A stretch of 64,000 nucleotides of DNA from Candidatus Latescibacterota bacterium (GTDB taxonomy: Bacteria; Latescibacterota; UBA2968; UBA8231), in NCBI GenBank assembly GCA_965200315.1, contig OZ241362.1, positions 1,760,001 to 1,824,000 on the forward strand. Reading direction: 5' to 3'. Below are positions 9,285 to 19,382 of this stretch, in pieces. The first letter of the stretch is position 1; every line of letters starts with the position of its first letter. Under the pieces are notes generated by a model. It was not told the origin of the DNA. It saw only the letters and a program-made list of their open reading frames with translations, and did not search any database. Position numbers and translations under genes: made by a program.

Positions 9285-11078
9285 ATGACTGAAGAAACCA
9301 CAGTAACAGAAGAGCCGCAGGAAACTCCTGTGTACGGCAACGTCAGCGTCGAAGAGCTGGAAAAGCCCGAGTACGATCAGGCCCAACTCGACGAATTCAT
9401 GGCCCTCTACGAAGAGAGCATCTCCGGCATCAAAGAGGGCCAGATAGTCAAGGGCACGGTCGTCTCCATCGGCCCCAGCGAGGTGATGGTCGATATCGGC
9501 TTCAAGTCCGAAGGCGCAGTGCCGATCAAAGAGTTTTCCGACCCCGAGTCCATTGAGCAAGGCCAAGAAATCGAAGTCTTCTTAGAGGACGTCGAAGACC
9601 AAGAGGGCCAAGTCGTGCTCTCCAAGCAAAAGGCCGACTTCATGCGGGTCTGGGATTTGATCAAGGATGCACACGACACCGGCAACACGGTCGAAGGCCG
9701 GCTGATGCGGCGCATCAAGGGCGGCATCGTCGTCAACCTCTTTGGCGTCGAGGCCTTCCTGCCCGGCTCGCAGATCGACATCCGCCAAGTCAAAAACTTC
9801 GACCAGTTCATCGGCCACCAGTTTCCCTTCAAAATCATCAAGCTCAACAAGGCGCGGCGCAACATCGTCGTCTCACGCCGCGCCGTGCTAGAAGAAGAGC
9901 GTGCGCGGATGCGCGAGCAGATCGTCAAGGTGTTGGAGGAAGGCCAAATCCGCGAGGGCGTCGTCAAGAACATCACCGACTTTGGCGCTTTCATCGACTT
10001 GGGCGGCGTCGATGGCCTGCTCCACATCACCGACATGTCATGGGGGCGCGTCAGCCACCCCTCGGAGTTGGTCTCTATCGGCGACCGCATCAAGGTCAAG
10101 GTGCTCAGCTACGACCGCCAGCGCGAGCGCATCTCCTTGGGGCTGAAGCAGCTAACTGCCCATCCGTGGGAGAACATCGAGAAGAAGTACCCGATTGAGA
10201 GCCAAGTGCGCGGCAAGGTGGTCTCCATCACCGACTACGGCGCCTTCGTCGAGTTGGAGGAAGGCATTGAGGGCCTAGTCCACATCTCTGAGATGTCCTG
10301 GACCCAGCACGTCCGCCACCCTTCCAAGCTGGTCAACATCGGCGACATCGTCGAAGTGAAGGTGCTCAAGATCGACAGCGAGAGCCAGAAGATCTCACTT
10401 GGCATGAAGCAAACCGAGGACGATCCGTGGGATACGCTCGACACTAAGTATCCCCTTGGCACCAAGCTCGAGGGCACGGTATGCAGCCTGACCAACTTCG
10501 GTGCCTTCGTCGAGATCGAGGCAAACATTGACGGGCTCGTACACATTTCGGATATGTCTTGGACCAAACGCATTCGCCAAGCCAGCGAAATGTTCAAAAA
10601 GGGCGACGTGATCCCCGTGGTCGTCACCGAAATCGACATCAAGCGCCGTCGCATCTCGCTCAGCCACAAGGATGCCTTTGAAAACCCCTGGCCTCGCTTT
10701 GCCGAGCAATACGCCGTAGGCGTCGAGGTGCGAGGTGCGATCTCGCGCATTCTCGAGCGCGGCGCGGTCGTCTCACTCGTCGACGAAGTCGATGGGTTCG
10801 TGCCGCTGTCACATTTGGCCATCGACGGGTTGCAAACCCCGCGCCAGAGCTTTACCGAAGGGCGGGAACTCCCGCTAGAGGTCATCGAATTCGACAAGAA
10901 CCAGAAAAAGATCGTCCTCAGTGTGCGCGAGTACTTCAAGGACAAGGATCAAGCCGAATACGAAGCCTACTTAGCCGAGCATCCCGTCCAAGAGATCGCC
11001 GCCGAAGTCGCCGCCGACAAGGACGACGAGATGGAAAGCTGGGGAGACTCCCACGCCGGCCAGCAAGACGAGTCGTAA
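9285..11078 (+). CDS. rpsA: 30S ribosomal protein S1
   Basis: Repeated S1 domains (FGAF...[13 protein letters not shown]). Confidence 0.98.
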   Translation: MTEETTVTEEPQETPVYGNVSVEELEKPEYDQAQLDEFMALYEESISGIKEGQIVKGTVVSIGPSEVMVDIGFKSEGAVPIKEFSDPESIEQGQEIEVFLEDVEDQEGQVVLSKQKADFMRVWDLIKDAHDTGNTVEGRLMRRIKGGIVVNLFGVEAFLPGSQIDIRQVKNFDQFIGHQFPFKIIKLNKARRNIVVSRRAVLEEERARMREQIVKVLEEGQIREGVVKNITDFGAFIDLGGVDGLLHITDMSWGRVSHPSELVSIGDRIKVKVLSYDRQRERISLGLKQLTAHPWENIEKKYPIESQVRGKVVSITDYGAFVELEEGIEGLVHISEMSWTQHVRHPSKLVNIGDIVEVKVLKIDSESQKISLGMKQTEDDPWDTLDTKYPLGTKLEGTVCSLTNFGAFVEIEANIDGLVHISDMSWTKRIRQASEMFKKGDVIPVVVTEIDIKRRRISLSHKDAFENPWPRFAEQYAVGVEVRGAISRILERGAVVSLVDEVDGFVPLSHLAIDGLQTPRQSFTEGRELPLEVIEFDKNQKKIVLSVREYFKDKDQAEYEAYLAEHPVQEIAAEVAADKDDEMESWGDSHAGQQDES

Positions 11079-11095
11079 GCCCCGCAACAACAATC

Positions 11096-11138
11096 AAGCG
11101 CGGTGGGACGAACAATCGTTCCACCGCGTTTTTGTTTT
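11096..11138 (+). terminator. Rho-independent terminator after rpsA
   Basis: GCGCGGTGGGACGA/TCGTTCCACCGCGT stem followed by TTTTGTTTT. Confidence 0.85.
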
Positions 11139-11169
11139 GCCAACCCCAACCCACGAACCCATCCAAATC

Positions 11170-13815
11170 ATGTCATCGAGAGCCAAACTCACGCCGGGCA
11201 GTAAGCTCACGCCGGCGATGGAGCAGTACATGCACTTTAAGCGTCAGCACCCCGACGCGATTCTCTTCTTCCGCATGGGCGACTTCTACGAGATGTTCTA
11301 CGACGACGCCAAAGAGGCCGCCCAGCTTTTGGGCCTCACCTTGACGGCACGCAATCACGGCAAGGCTTCCGGCGAGGTGCCCTTAGCTGGCGTGCCCCAT
11401 CACGCCATGGAAGGCTATCTGGCCAAACTCATCCAGCTCGGGCGCAAGGTCGCCATCTGCGAGCAAATCGAAGATCCGAAAAAGGCCAAGGGCGTCGTCA
11501 AGCGCGACGTAGTTGAAGTCGTCTCCCCAGGCACCGCGCTTTCCGACGCCATGCTCGATCAGCAGCGCAACAACTTCCTCGTCGGTCTCTGTGCGCATAC
11601 CGACCACGTCGGCCTCGCCAGCGTCGATTTGTCAACCGGAGACTTTGCGCTCGACGAGATTCCCCAAGGAGACCTCGCCGACGAGTTGGAGAGCTTAGGG
11701 CCAGCCGAACTGCTCATCGCCGAAGGAGCCGACGAACAGTGGGTCTCCGCCCTGCAAAACGCCCTACCGCGCGTGGCGCTCAGCCGCCTCGCGGACTGGC
11801 ACTTCGCCGCCGATACCGCGTATGAAACCCTCACCAGCCAACTCCGCGTCCAGACTCTGAAGGGCTTTGGCTGCGAGGACATGAAAGCCGCCATCCGCGC
11901 TGGCGGAGCAACGGTGGCCTATTTGCGCGAAAACCAGCGCGGCGCAGTCGAGCACATCAACCGCCTCCAGCGCAAGTACCGAGAGCACTTTGCCCTCATC
12001 GACGCCACGGCCCAGCGCAACCTAGAGCTGCTCGTCAATCGCCAAGATGGGGGCCGCGCCAACACCTTACTCGAAATCCTCGACCGCACCCGAACCCCCA
12101 TGGGCGCGCGTCTGTTGCGCCAATGGGTGGCCCAGCCGCTCAAGTCCCCGCCCTTAATTATCGCCCGCTTAGAGGCCGTTGACGAGCTGCGACGCCAGCG
12201 CAAGATCCGCCGCACCCTCGGCCAATGCCTAGAACAGGTCGGCGACCTAGAGAGACTGATTGCGCGGATTTGCTGCCTGCGGGCCAATGCCCGCGACATG
12301 GTGGCCCTCGCCCGCTCGCTCAACGTCGCGCCCGCCATTGGCACCGCGCTATCCACCGCGCAGAGTGCGCTCCTGCAGGAGCTATGCTCTAAGGGACTGC
12401 CCGACGTCAGCGAATTGATCGCCGAAATCCTCGACTCACTGGTTGACGCACCTCCGGCAACCCTGACCGAAGGCGGCCTAATCCGCGACGGCTATCACCC
12501 GGACATCGATCAATTGCGGCAGATCGCCCGCGGCGGCAAGGACTACATCGCCCGCTTGCAGGCCACCGAGCGCGAGCGCACTGGCATTGCCTCGCTCAAG
12601 ATCGGCTACAACCAAGTCTTTGGCTACTACATCGAAATCAGCAAGGTCAACCTCGACAAAACCCCCGCCGAGTACCATCGCAAACAAACCTTGGTCAATG
12701 CCGAGCGCTTCATCACGCCCGAGCTAAAGGAGTACGAAGAAAAAGTCCTCGGGGCCGAGGAGCGCCTCAAAGAGCTGGAAAACGAGTTGTTCCTAGCCCT
12801 GCGCGACCGCGCCGCCCATTGGACACCCCAAGTCCAGCAAATTGCCCGCGCCATCGCGCGCATCGACGTGCTGTATTCTCTCGCCGAAGTCGCCGAGAGC
12901 GAATCCTACACCCGGCCCCAAGTTGACGACGGTCAGCTAATCAAAATCCGCGATGGCCGCCACCCAGTCGTCGAGCGCCAACTCCGCACGGGCAGCTTCG
13001 TGCCCAACGACGTGCGCCTCGACGCCGACGGGGCGCAGATCATGCTCATCACCGGCCCGAATATGGCCGGCAAGAGCACCATCATCCGCCAAGTGGGTCT
13101 CATTGCGCTGATGGCGCAGATGGGCAGCTTCGTCCCTGCGCGCCAAGCTACCATCGGCGTCGTCGATCGCATCTTCACCCGCGTAGGCGCATCCGACAAT
13201 CTCGCCGGTGGCGAAAGCACCTTTATGGTAGAGATGCACGAGGCCGCCAACATCCTCAACAACGCCACCAGCCGCAGCTTGCTGCTCATCGACGAGCTTG
13301 GCCGCGGCACGAGCACCTTCGACGGCCTGAGCATTGCCTGGGCCATTGTCGAATACTTGCACCAGCACCACGAGCTCCATCCGCGCACCCTTTTTGCCAC
13401 GCACTATCACGAGATGACCGAACTCGAAAGCCACTTAGAGCGCGTCGTCAACTTCAATGTGCAGGTGCGCGAAGAAGGCGACCGCGTGGTGTTCCTCCAC
13501 CGCCTCGCACCAGGGTCTGCCGACCAAAGCTACGGCATCAACGTCGCACAGATGGCCGGGATGCCGGCCCAAGTCGTCGCACGCGCCCAAGAAATTCTCG
13601 CCCGCCTCGAAAAAGACCAGATCGACACCAAGGACATCCATCACGTCCGCGAAACAGCTCCGTCCCCCCAGCAGCAACTTTCCCTTTTCTCCACCGCGTC
13701 TGCGGACGCGCCGTGGGTGGCGGAGCTGCGCGACATGGACCTCGGCCAGATTACGCCGCTTCAGGCGTTGCTCAAGCTGAATGAGTGGAAAGAGAAAATT
13801 AAGACGGAGGAATGA
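11170..13815 (+). CDS. mutS: DNA mismatch repair protein MutS
   Basis: [35 protein letters not shown]; ATG at 11170 preferred because 11137 overlaps the terminator. Confidence 0.97.
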   Translation: MSSRAKLTPGSKLTPAMEQYMHFKRQHPDAILFFRMGDFYEMFYDDAKEAAQLLGLTLTARNHGKASGEVPLAGVPHHAMEGYLAKLIQLGRKVAICEQIEDPKKAKGVVKRDVVEVVSPGTALSDAMLDQQRNNFLVGLCAHTDHVGLASVDLSTGDFALDEIPQGDLADELESLGPAELLIAEGADEQWVSALQNALPRVALSRLADWHFAADTAYETLTSQLRVQTLKGFGCEDMKAAIRAGGATVAYLRENQRGAVEHINRLQRKYREHFALIDATAQRNLELLVNRQDGGRANTLLEILDRTRTPMGARLLRQWVAQPLKSPPLIIARLEAVDELRRQRKIRRTLGQCLEQVGDLERLIARICCLRANARDMVALARSLNVAPAIGTALSTAQSALLQELCSKGLPDVSELIAEILDSLVDAPPATLTEGGLIRDGYHPDIDQLRQIARGGKDYIARLQATERERTGIASLKIGYNQVFGYYIEISKVNLDKTPAEYHRKQTLVNAERFITPELKEYEEKVLGAEERLKELENELFLALRDRAAHWTPQVQQIARAIARIDVLYSLAEVAESESYTRPQVDDGQLIKIRDGRHPVVERQLRTGSFVPNDVRLDADGAQIMLITGPNMAGKSTIIRQVGLIALMAQMGSFVPARQATIGVVDRIFTRVGASDNLAGGESTFMVEMHEAANILNNATSRSLLLIDELGRGTSTFDGLSIAWAIVEYLHQHHELHPRTLFATHYHEMTELESHLERVVNFNVQVREEGDRVVFLHRLAPGSADQSYGINVAQMAGMPAQVVARAQEILARLEKDQIDTKDIHHVRETAPSPQQQLSLFSTASADAPWVAELRDMDLGQITPLQALLKLNEWKEKIKTEE

Positions 13816-13826
13816 GGTTGAATTAG

Positions 13827-14042
13827 AAAACAATCGGCGACAGCGCGTTAAGGATAGTCGCCGAACGAAAAGAAATCGAAGTCCACGGCGTTTTATGGGT
13901 AACGGATGAACTGGAATCGCACGGGATCGTACCCCCGCGTAAATTGTACGATGTGCGACGGCTGCTGCACGATGCCCCTCTGGTATTTCTGCCGGATAAC
14001 GAAGTCCAGCACCGCATAAGGCCCCTAGCGAGGCTTTTTTAG
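13827..14042 (+). pseudogene. C-terminal remnant of a PIN-domain (DUF3368-like) protein
   Basis: Translates as TIGDSALRIVAERKEIEVHGVLWVTD; preceded by an in-frame stop, N-terminus absent. Confidence 0.55.
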
Positions 14043-14099
14043 GAAAATTTACAATTAGCCGATCTCAGAGATCCGGTTATACCTGCGCCTAGCCACTCC

Positions 14100-14867
14100 A
14101 TGACCGATAAACAAACGCCCGACGACCTAATTTGGGGCCGTCACCCCGTGCTCGAAGCCCTCCGCGCCGAACGCCCCCTGCGCCGCCTGCTCATCGCCAA
14201 GGGCGCGCACGGCCCGGTCATCGACGAAATTTTCGCGCACGCCCGGCAGGCTCGCATCCCTTATGATCTGCGCGACAAGGTCCAGCTTGACCGCCTCGCC
14301 GGTCCCCACCACCAAAGCGTCGTCGCCTATGCAGCCGCCGCAACGTACGCGGACTTCGACTCCGTGCTCGCCCACCTGCCGCCCCTTCAGCTAAGCTCAG
14401 GTCGAAGCCCGGCTCTACTCATCTTTCTCGATCAAGTGCAGGACCCCCACAACCTCGGCGCCATCATCCGCAGCGCCCACGCGCTCGGCGCACAAGGCGT
14501 AGTCGTGCCCGCCCGATCTGCCGCCGGCCTCTCCCCAGCCGTGCTCAAAGCCGCAGCCGGTGCCGCCCAGCACCTACCCGTCTGCCGAGTTGACAACTTG
14601 CAAAAAGCACTGCAAAAAGCCGCGGCCTGTGGGCTTTTTATCGCCGGACTCGACTCCCAAGGAGAGCAGTCCTTGACGACCGCAGACTTTACCCAGCCTT
14701 GCTCCCTAGTCATCGGCAGCGAGGGCAAGGGACTACGGCGCATGGTGCAAAAGCGCTGCGACGTACTCTTGCACATCCCCATGCAGCGCGAGGCCATCGG
14801 CTCGCTCAACGCCTCGGTGGCCGCTGGCATCGCCCTGTACGAAGTGCTGCGCCAGCGCCAGCCATGA
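14100..14867 (+). CDS. rlmB: 23S rRNA (guanosine-2'-O)-methyltransferase RlmB
   Basis: GRHPVLEAL, DPHNLGAIIRSA, IGSEGKG, SLNASVAAGI (SPOUT). Confidence 0.93.
   Translation: MTDKQTPDDLIWGRHPVLEALRAERPLRRLLIAKGAHGPVIDEIFAHARQARIPYDLRDKVQLDRLAGPHHQSVVAYAAAATYADFDSVLAHLPPLQLSSGRSPALLIFLDQVQDPHNLGAIIRSAHALGAQGVVVPARSAAGLSPAVLKAAAGAAQHLPVCRVDNLQKALQKAAACGLFIAGLDSQGEQSLTTADFTQPCSLVIGSEGKGLRRMVQKRCDVLLHIPMQREAIGSLNASVAAGIALYEVLRQRQP
14384..14409 (+). repeat. Palindromic 26-bp element in frame within rlmB (LQLSSGRS)
   Basis: CCTTCAGCTAAGCTCAGGTCGAAGCC, 24/26 identical to the consensus. Confidence 0.85.
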
Positions 14868-17317
14868 TCGGCCTACCAGTCCTCTGCCTCGCCCTCGCCC
14901 TAGTGAGCGGCAGCGAGGCGTCCGAAACCCAACTGCAAGAGACCCGCGCCCTGTTGACCCAAGCCAAGGGCCAAGACAAAGACCAAGGCTTTGCATACCA
15001 AGCCACCTATATGCGCTACTACGAGGTCGGCGACTCGCTCCTGTTGCAGGGACAGGCCCGCATCTCGTACAAAGGTGCTGAGCTAGAGGCCGCCGAAATC
15101 GTCTTCCGCCGCGCCCTCGACCAAGTCGAAGCGCGCGCCGCCCTTGATTCGCTTGGGCGCGTCGTCGGCCGCCCGGTGTTGCGCCAAGGCGACCAAACGC
15201 TGCGCGGCGAGCGCATCCTCTACGACCTCTCTACCGAACAAGGAACCATCCTCAAAGGCAAGATCCACCACGACAAAGGGTTTTACGCCGGACACTTGAT
15301 CCAGACCCGCAGCAGCACTGAGTTCCACGTCCACCAAGGCTCGTACACCACGTGCGACGCCGACCACCCGCACTTTGACTTCTACAGCCCGCGCATCAAG
15401 GTCATAGCTGGCGACATGGCCGTGGCGCGCCCAGTGTATTTCCGCATCAAGGAGCGGCGGCTGCTGTGGATCCCCTTCTACGTATTCTCGCTGCGCGAAG
15501 ACCGCCAGTCTGGGATTTTGACGCCGAGTTTTGGGCAACGCGCCCTTAGATTTGGGGCGCGGCAAAGCGAGTGGGAGCTGCGCAACTTGGGCTACTATCT
15601 CGCACCCAACGACTATTGGGACCTGTCCCTCGCGGCCGATCTGCGGCAGCACTCGGGCTGGCTAGGACGCGCCCGCCTCAACTACGCCGCGCGCTACCGA
15701 TTCAGAGGACGTGTCACCACCCAGTTTGAAAACCGCCAAGAGGGCCGCATAGCCTCGCGCAACTGGCGGCTCGAATTCAGGCACAGCCAAGAGTTGGGAC
15801 GCGACGCGAGCTTGCGGGCCGATGGCACCTTCCAGAGCAACAACAGCTTTGCCCAAGACAACAGCACCAGCCTCCAAGACCGCCTCAACCGCACCCTGCG
15901 CTCCAACCTCAGCTACACTCGGCGCTGGCGCGGCTCGGGCAATAGCTTGAGCCTAAAAGCGAGCCAGACCAAAAACCTCGACACCGAAAGTTTCTCCACC
16001 AGCCTGCCCGAGCTCCGCCTGCGCAAGAGCCGCAAGCCGATTTGGGGCCAAGCAAGCCAAAGCCGCCAAAATAGCCAAAACCTCCCCTGGTACAGCCGCA
16101 TTTACTACGACGGCAACGCCAGCCTGCGCAACACCCAGCGCGGCAGCCGCACGGACACCACCAGCCAAACCAAAGCCCAAGTAAGCTGGCGCGTCAGTGC
16201 GCAGTACCGCCCGTTCTCTTGGCTCAACCTCAGCCCGGCGCTCAACCAAGACTGGAGCGACCCAGATCTGCGCGAAGGCGCAATCCGCGGCCGGCGCAGG
16301 GACCGCTTCTCCACCCGCACGGCCCTGAGCCAGACCTTCTACGGGCTTTTTAACCCGTCCATCGGCCCGCTCCAAGCCCTGCGCCACGTACTCAAACCCA
16401 GCGTCTCGTTCAGCTATCAAGCCTCGCGCACCGATACCGGCGGCGTCTTGGGCTTTGGCGGCGACAGCAGCCGGCTCCAACACCGGCGGACCCTGAACCT
16501 GAGCCTCGGCAACACCTTCTGGGCCAAAATTTTGCGCGACGAAGAAGAGCACAAAGTGCGCCTAGTCCAGCTCAATTTCTCTACGGCCTATAACTTTGAG
16601 AAAAAGGAGCGCCAGCTAGCAGACCTGCGGACGACCCTAAGCGTCGCGGCGGGTCGCTACCTAAACTCGCAGCTAACCTTGCGCCACGAATTCTACGACG
16701 AGCAAGACCGATTGCACCTCTTGGCACCGCGCCGCGAGCAGCTCGAAGTACGGACCTCAGCTAGCTGGTCGCGGCGGTCAGCAGCGTCGCGCATGGACGC
16801 CAACCAGCTTGGTAATTTTGGCTCTTCCAGCCGATACGGACAGAGCAGTTTCGGTGCCTCCAGCCCCTACGGACAAAGTAGTTTTGGCACCTCCAGCCCC
16901 TACGGCCGGGAATCCTTTGGCTTTGAAAGCGGCCTCATGCGCGACATCGACAACCGCCGGCGCCGCACCCGCTTCCAACTCAGCCACTACATCTCGCACC
17001 GCCGCGCCACGGCTACGACTCCTCGCTTCATCCGCTCTTGGATACGGGGTGCGACTGGCTTTAGCTTGGGGGCGAGCTGGCATTGCAATTATTCGCTCAA
17101 CTACAATCTGCGCGTCCCGCGGACGCGGCTTTTAGCTACCGAGCGCATCACTTCCGAGCTGTTGTCCCTGCGAAAGGAATTCCACGACTGGACTGCGACC
17201 CTCAACGTGCAGCCGAGCACCTTTCACAAAAATCGGGCGTTCTTTTTTAAGGTGCAGCTAAAGGACATTCCGCAGCTCAAACTCGAGCGCGGCCAGCGGC
17301 GTTTCTACGGTAGTTGA
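14864..17317 (+). CDS. lptD: Putative LPS assembly protein LptD
   Basis: Signal peptide, YTTCD..HPHF, RQSGILTP, LRNLGYY, beta-barrel-like remainder. Confidence 0.8.
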   Translation: MIGLPVLCLALALVSGSEASETQLQETRALLTQAKGQDKDQGFAYQATYMRYYEVGDSLLLQGQARISYKGAELEAAEIVFRRALDQVEARAALDSLGRVVGRPVLRQGDQTLRGERILYDLSTEQGTILKGKIHHDKGFYAGHLIQTRSSTEFHVHQGSYTTCDADHPHFDFYSPRIKVIAGDMAVARPVYFRIKERRLLWIPFYVFSLREDRQSGILTPSFGQRALRFGARQSEWELRNLGYYLAPNDYWDLSLAADLRQHSGWLGRARLNYAARYRFRGRVTTQFENRQEGRIASRNWRLEFRHSQELGRDASLRADGTFQSNNSFAQDNSTSLQDRLNRTLRSNLSYTRRWRGSGNSLSLKASQTKNLDTESFSTSLPELRLRKSRKPIWGQASQSRQNSQNLPWYSRIYYDGNASLRNTQRGSRTDTTSQTKAQVSWRVSAQYRPFSWLNLSPALNQDWSDPDLREGAIRGRRRDRFSTRTALSQTFYGLFNPSIGPLQALRHVLKPSVSFSYQASRTDTGGVLGFGGDSSRLQHRRTLNLSLGNTFWAKILRDEEEHKVRLVQLNFSTAYNFEKKERQLADLRTTLSVAAGRYLNSQLTLRHEFYDEQDRLHLLAPRREQLEVRTSASWSRRSAASRMDANQLGNFGSSSRYGQSSFGASSPYGQSSFGTSSPYGRESFGFESGLMRDIDNRRRRTRFQLSHYISHRRATATTPRFIRSWIRGATGFSLGASWHCNYSLNYNLRVPRTRLLATERITSELLSLRKEFHDWTATLNVQPSTFHKNRAFFFKVQLKDIPQLKLERGQRRFYGS
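16817..16921 (+). repeat. 33-bp tandem repeat x3 within lptD (FGxSSPYGQSS)
   Basis: TTTGGCTCTTCCAGCCGATACGGACAGAGCAGT and two variants in tandem. Confidence 0.85.
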
Positions 17318-17403
17318 CAGAGGTGCGGCGAGGGGTACATTTGAAACGCATGCGACGATTCCCAAGCCTCAAAGACTTGGATTTTTGAGAACTCGCATCA
17401 TGG

Positions 17404-17430
17404 TAATCACAATAATCACAATAATCACAG
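17404..17430. repeat. 9-bp tandem repeat TAATCACAA x3
   Basis: TAATCACAATAATCACAATAATCACAG, just upstream of dtd. Confidence 0.8.
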
Positions 17431-17443
17431 TCCACTCCCCCCC

Positions 17444-17887
17444 GTGAAAGTCCTCGTCCAGCGCGTCAGCCACGCTAGCGTCCACGTCGATGGCCAACTC
17501 CACGGCCAAATCGGCCAAGGCCTAGTCCTGCTCGTCGGCTTCGGTCCCGACGACGACGAGCAAGCGTTGCGCTTCTGCGCTGAAAAGTGCGCTAACTTGC
17601 GCATCTTTGCCGACGACCAAGGCAAGATGAATCGCTCGGTGCTCGACATCGGCGGCGGCGTACTCGCCATCTCCCAGTTTACCCTGTACGGCGACTGTCG
17701 CAAGGGCCGTCGCCCCAGCTTCGTCCAAGCCGCTCCGCCTTCGGTTGCCGAGTGCCTGTACGAGCGCTTTCTCGCCCTGCTCGCCGAACAGGGCTTGCCG
17801 CCCGAGTGCGGTGTCTTCGGCGCGTACATGCAGGTCGAAATCCACAACGACGGTCCGGTCACCTTAATGGTGGAGTATCCAGCGTGA
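17444..17887 (+). CDS. dtd: D-aminoacyl-tRNA deacylase
   Basis: QRV..ASV, ISQFTLYGD..KGRRPSF, NDGPVT. Confidence 0.96.
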   Translation: MKVLVQRVSHASVHVDGQLHGQIGQGLVLLVGFGPDDDEQALRFCAEKCANLRIFADDQGKMNRSVLDIGGGVLAISQFTLYGDCRKGRRPSFVQAAPPSVAECLYERFLALLAEQGLPPECGVFGAYMQVEIHNDGPVTLMVEYPA

Positions 17888-18471
17888 AGCCGCTCATCCT
17901 CGGCTCGGCCTCGCCGCGGCGCGCCGCCCTGTTGCGCCAACTCGCCCTGCCCTTTACAGTCGTCCCCAGTCCGCTGCAAGAGCCGGTGCCCGCAACGTCC
18001 ATTCCGGCCGACTATGCACTCGAATCGGCCGGGGCCAAAGCCCGCGCCGTGGCCAGCGTAGTCGCTGCGGACGCCATCGTCATCGCCGCAGACACCATCG
18101 TCTATAGCAACGGCGCAATATTGGGCAAGCCCGCCGACGCAGCCGATGCGGCCTCCATGCTCGGTCGCCTCTCGGGCCAGGTCCATCAGGTCTATACCGG
18201 CCTAGCCATCCAAAGCGGTGATCAGCTTCTGCAGGAAGCTGTTTGCACCCAAGTGGAGATGCGGACCTTGACCGCCGCCAACATCGCCGCTTACGTCACC
18301 AGCGGCGAACCTCTCGACAAGGCCGGAGGCTATGGCATACAGGGGCTAGGGGCGCGCTTTATTGAACGCATCGCAGGTTGTTATTATAATGTAGTTGGTC
18401 TGCCCTTAGCTCGGCTTTGCGTCCTTTTGAGCGCGGTGGGGTGCGACCTAAACGATCAGGCCACAAAATGA
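17884..18471 (+). CDS. maf: Maf family nucleoside triphosphate pyrophosphatase
   Basis: LGSASPRR, ADTIV, LGKP, DKAGGYGIQG, NVVGLP. Confidence 0.95.
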   Translation: MKPLILGSASPRRAALLRQLALPFTVVPSPLQEPVPATSIPADYALESAGAKARAVASVVAADAIVIAADTIVYSNGAILGKPADAADAASMLGRLSGQVHQVYTGLAIQSGDQLLQEAVCTQVEMRTLTAANIAAYVTSGEPLDKAGGYGIQGLGARFIERIAGCYYNVVGLPLARLCVLLSAVGCDLNDQATK

Positions 18472-19382
18472 GCGAAGAAAAACGACAAACCATCGGCGAA
18501 GAATTGTCTGCCGCACGCCAAGCGCACGGCCTTGAGCTCGAAGAAGTCCAGAAAAAAAGCGGCGTTAGTATTTTCGTCTTACAGGGCATAGAAGCCGACG
18601 ATCTCGAGGTAGTTGAGCCGGTATTCGTCCGCTTAGCCCTGAAAGCATACGCTGAATGCCTCGACCTCGATCCTGATCCGTTCCTGAGCCGCTTTGACCA
18701 ACAATACGGCCGAATCATGCAAGCTCGCTCCCGACCTGTGGTCGTCCTATCGCAGCCTACTCAGCGCCGCTCTCATAAGCCGCTGATCGTCACCGGCTCG
18801 ATAATAGGTGCCTGCTGCATCCTCGCTGTGGTGTTCTTCTACCTTTACGCGCCGTCACAGCCTCCAACGCAAGCGCCTAGCACCCCAACCCAAGCGGCTG
18901 ACATCCCAACGCAAACGCCTAGCACTCCAACCCAAGCGGCTGACACCTCGGCCCAATCTCAGCCGGCAGCCACTCCAAGCGACCCGTCCGTCCAGTCCTC
19001 CACCGAACCAGATGCGGCTGATCCTATCGCAACCACAGCGGCTGCACAAGCCACCGAACCCGCCCCCGTAGTCCTCGAACTGGAGGCCCGCGACTCCACT
19101 TGGGTGCAGATCCGCTGGGATAACGCAGCAGAAAACTTTGAGGCCATCGTTCCACCCGGCGAGCGCCACCGATTTGAGGCCCGCGACCACTTCGACGTGC
19201 TCTCGACCCGTCCCCACGGCTTGCGCTATTGGTTGAACGGCCAATTACTCGGCGACGGCCAGCTCGGCGACCCCAATCAAGTGCTGCGCTTCCGCGCCAC
19301 AGCCGACAGCATCAAATTCCTAGAACCGATAAGACCGAATTTACAGCCCCCCACAGGAGAGGCCCCCGACGCCCAACCATGA
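18468..19382 (+). CDS. rodZ: RodZ-like protein (HTH, TM, DUF4115)
   Basis: IGEELSAARQ..GL.L HTH, one TM helix, Pro/Thr linker, LE.EARDSTWVQI. Confidence 0.8.
   Translation: MSEEKRQTIGEELSAARQAHGLELEEVQKKSGVSIFVLQGIEADDLEVVEPVFVRLALKAYAECLDLDPDPFLSRFDQQYGRIMQARSRPVVVLSQPTQRRSHKPLIVTGSIIGACCILAVVFFYLYAPSQPPTQAPSTPTQAADIPTQTPSTPTQAADTSAQSQPAATPSDPSVQSSTEPDAADPIATTAAAQATEPAPVVLELEARDSTWVQIRWDNAAENFEAIVPPGERHRFEARDHFDVLSTRPHGLRYWLNGQLLGDGQLGDPNQVLRFRATADSIKFLEPIRPNLQPPTGEAPDAQP
18864..18947 (+). repeat. 42-bp tandem repeat x2 in the RodZ linker (PTQxPSTPTQAADx)
   Basis: CCAACGCAAGCGCCTAGCACCCCAACCCAAGCGGCTGACATC and a near-identical second copy. Confidence 0.85.
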
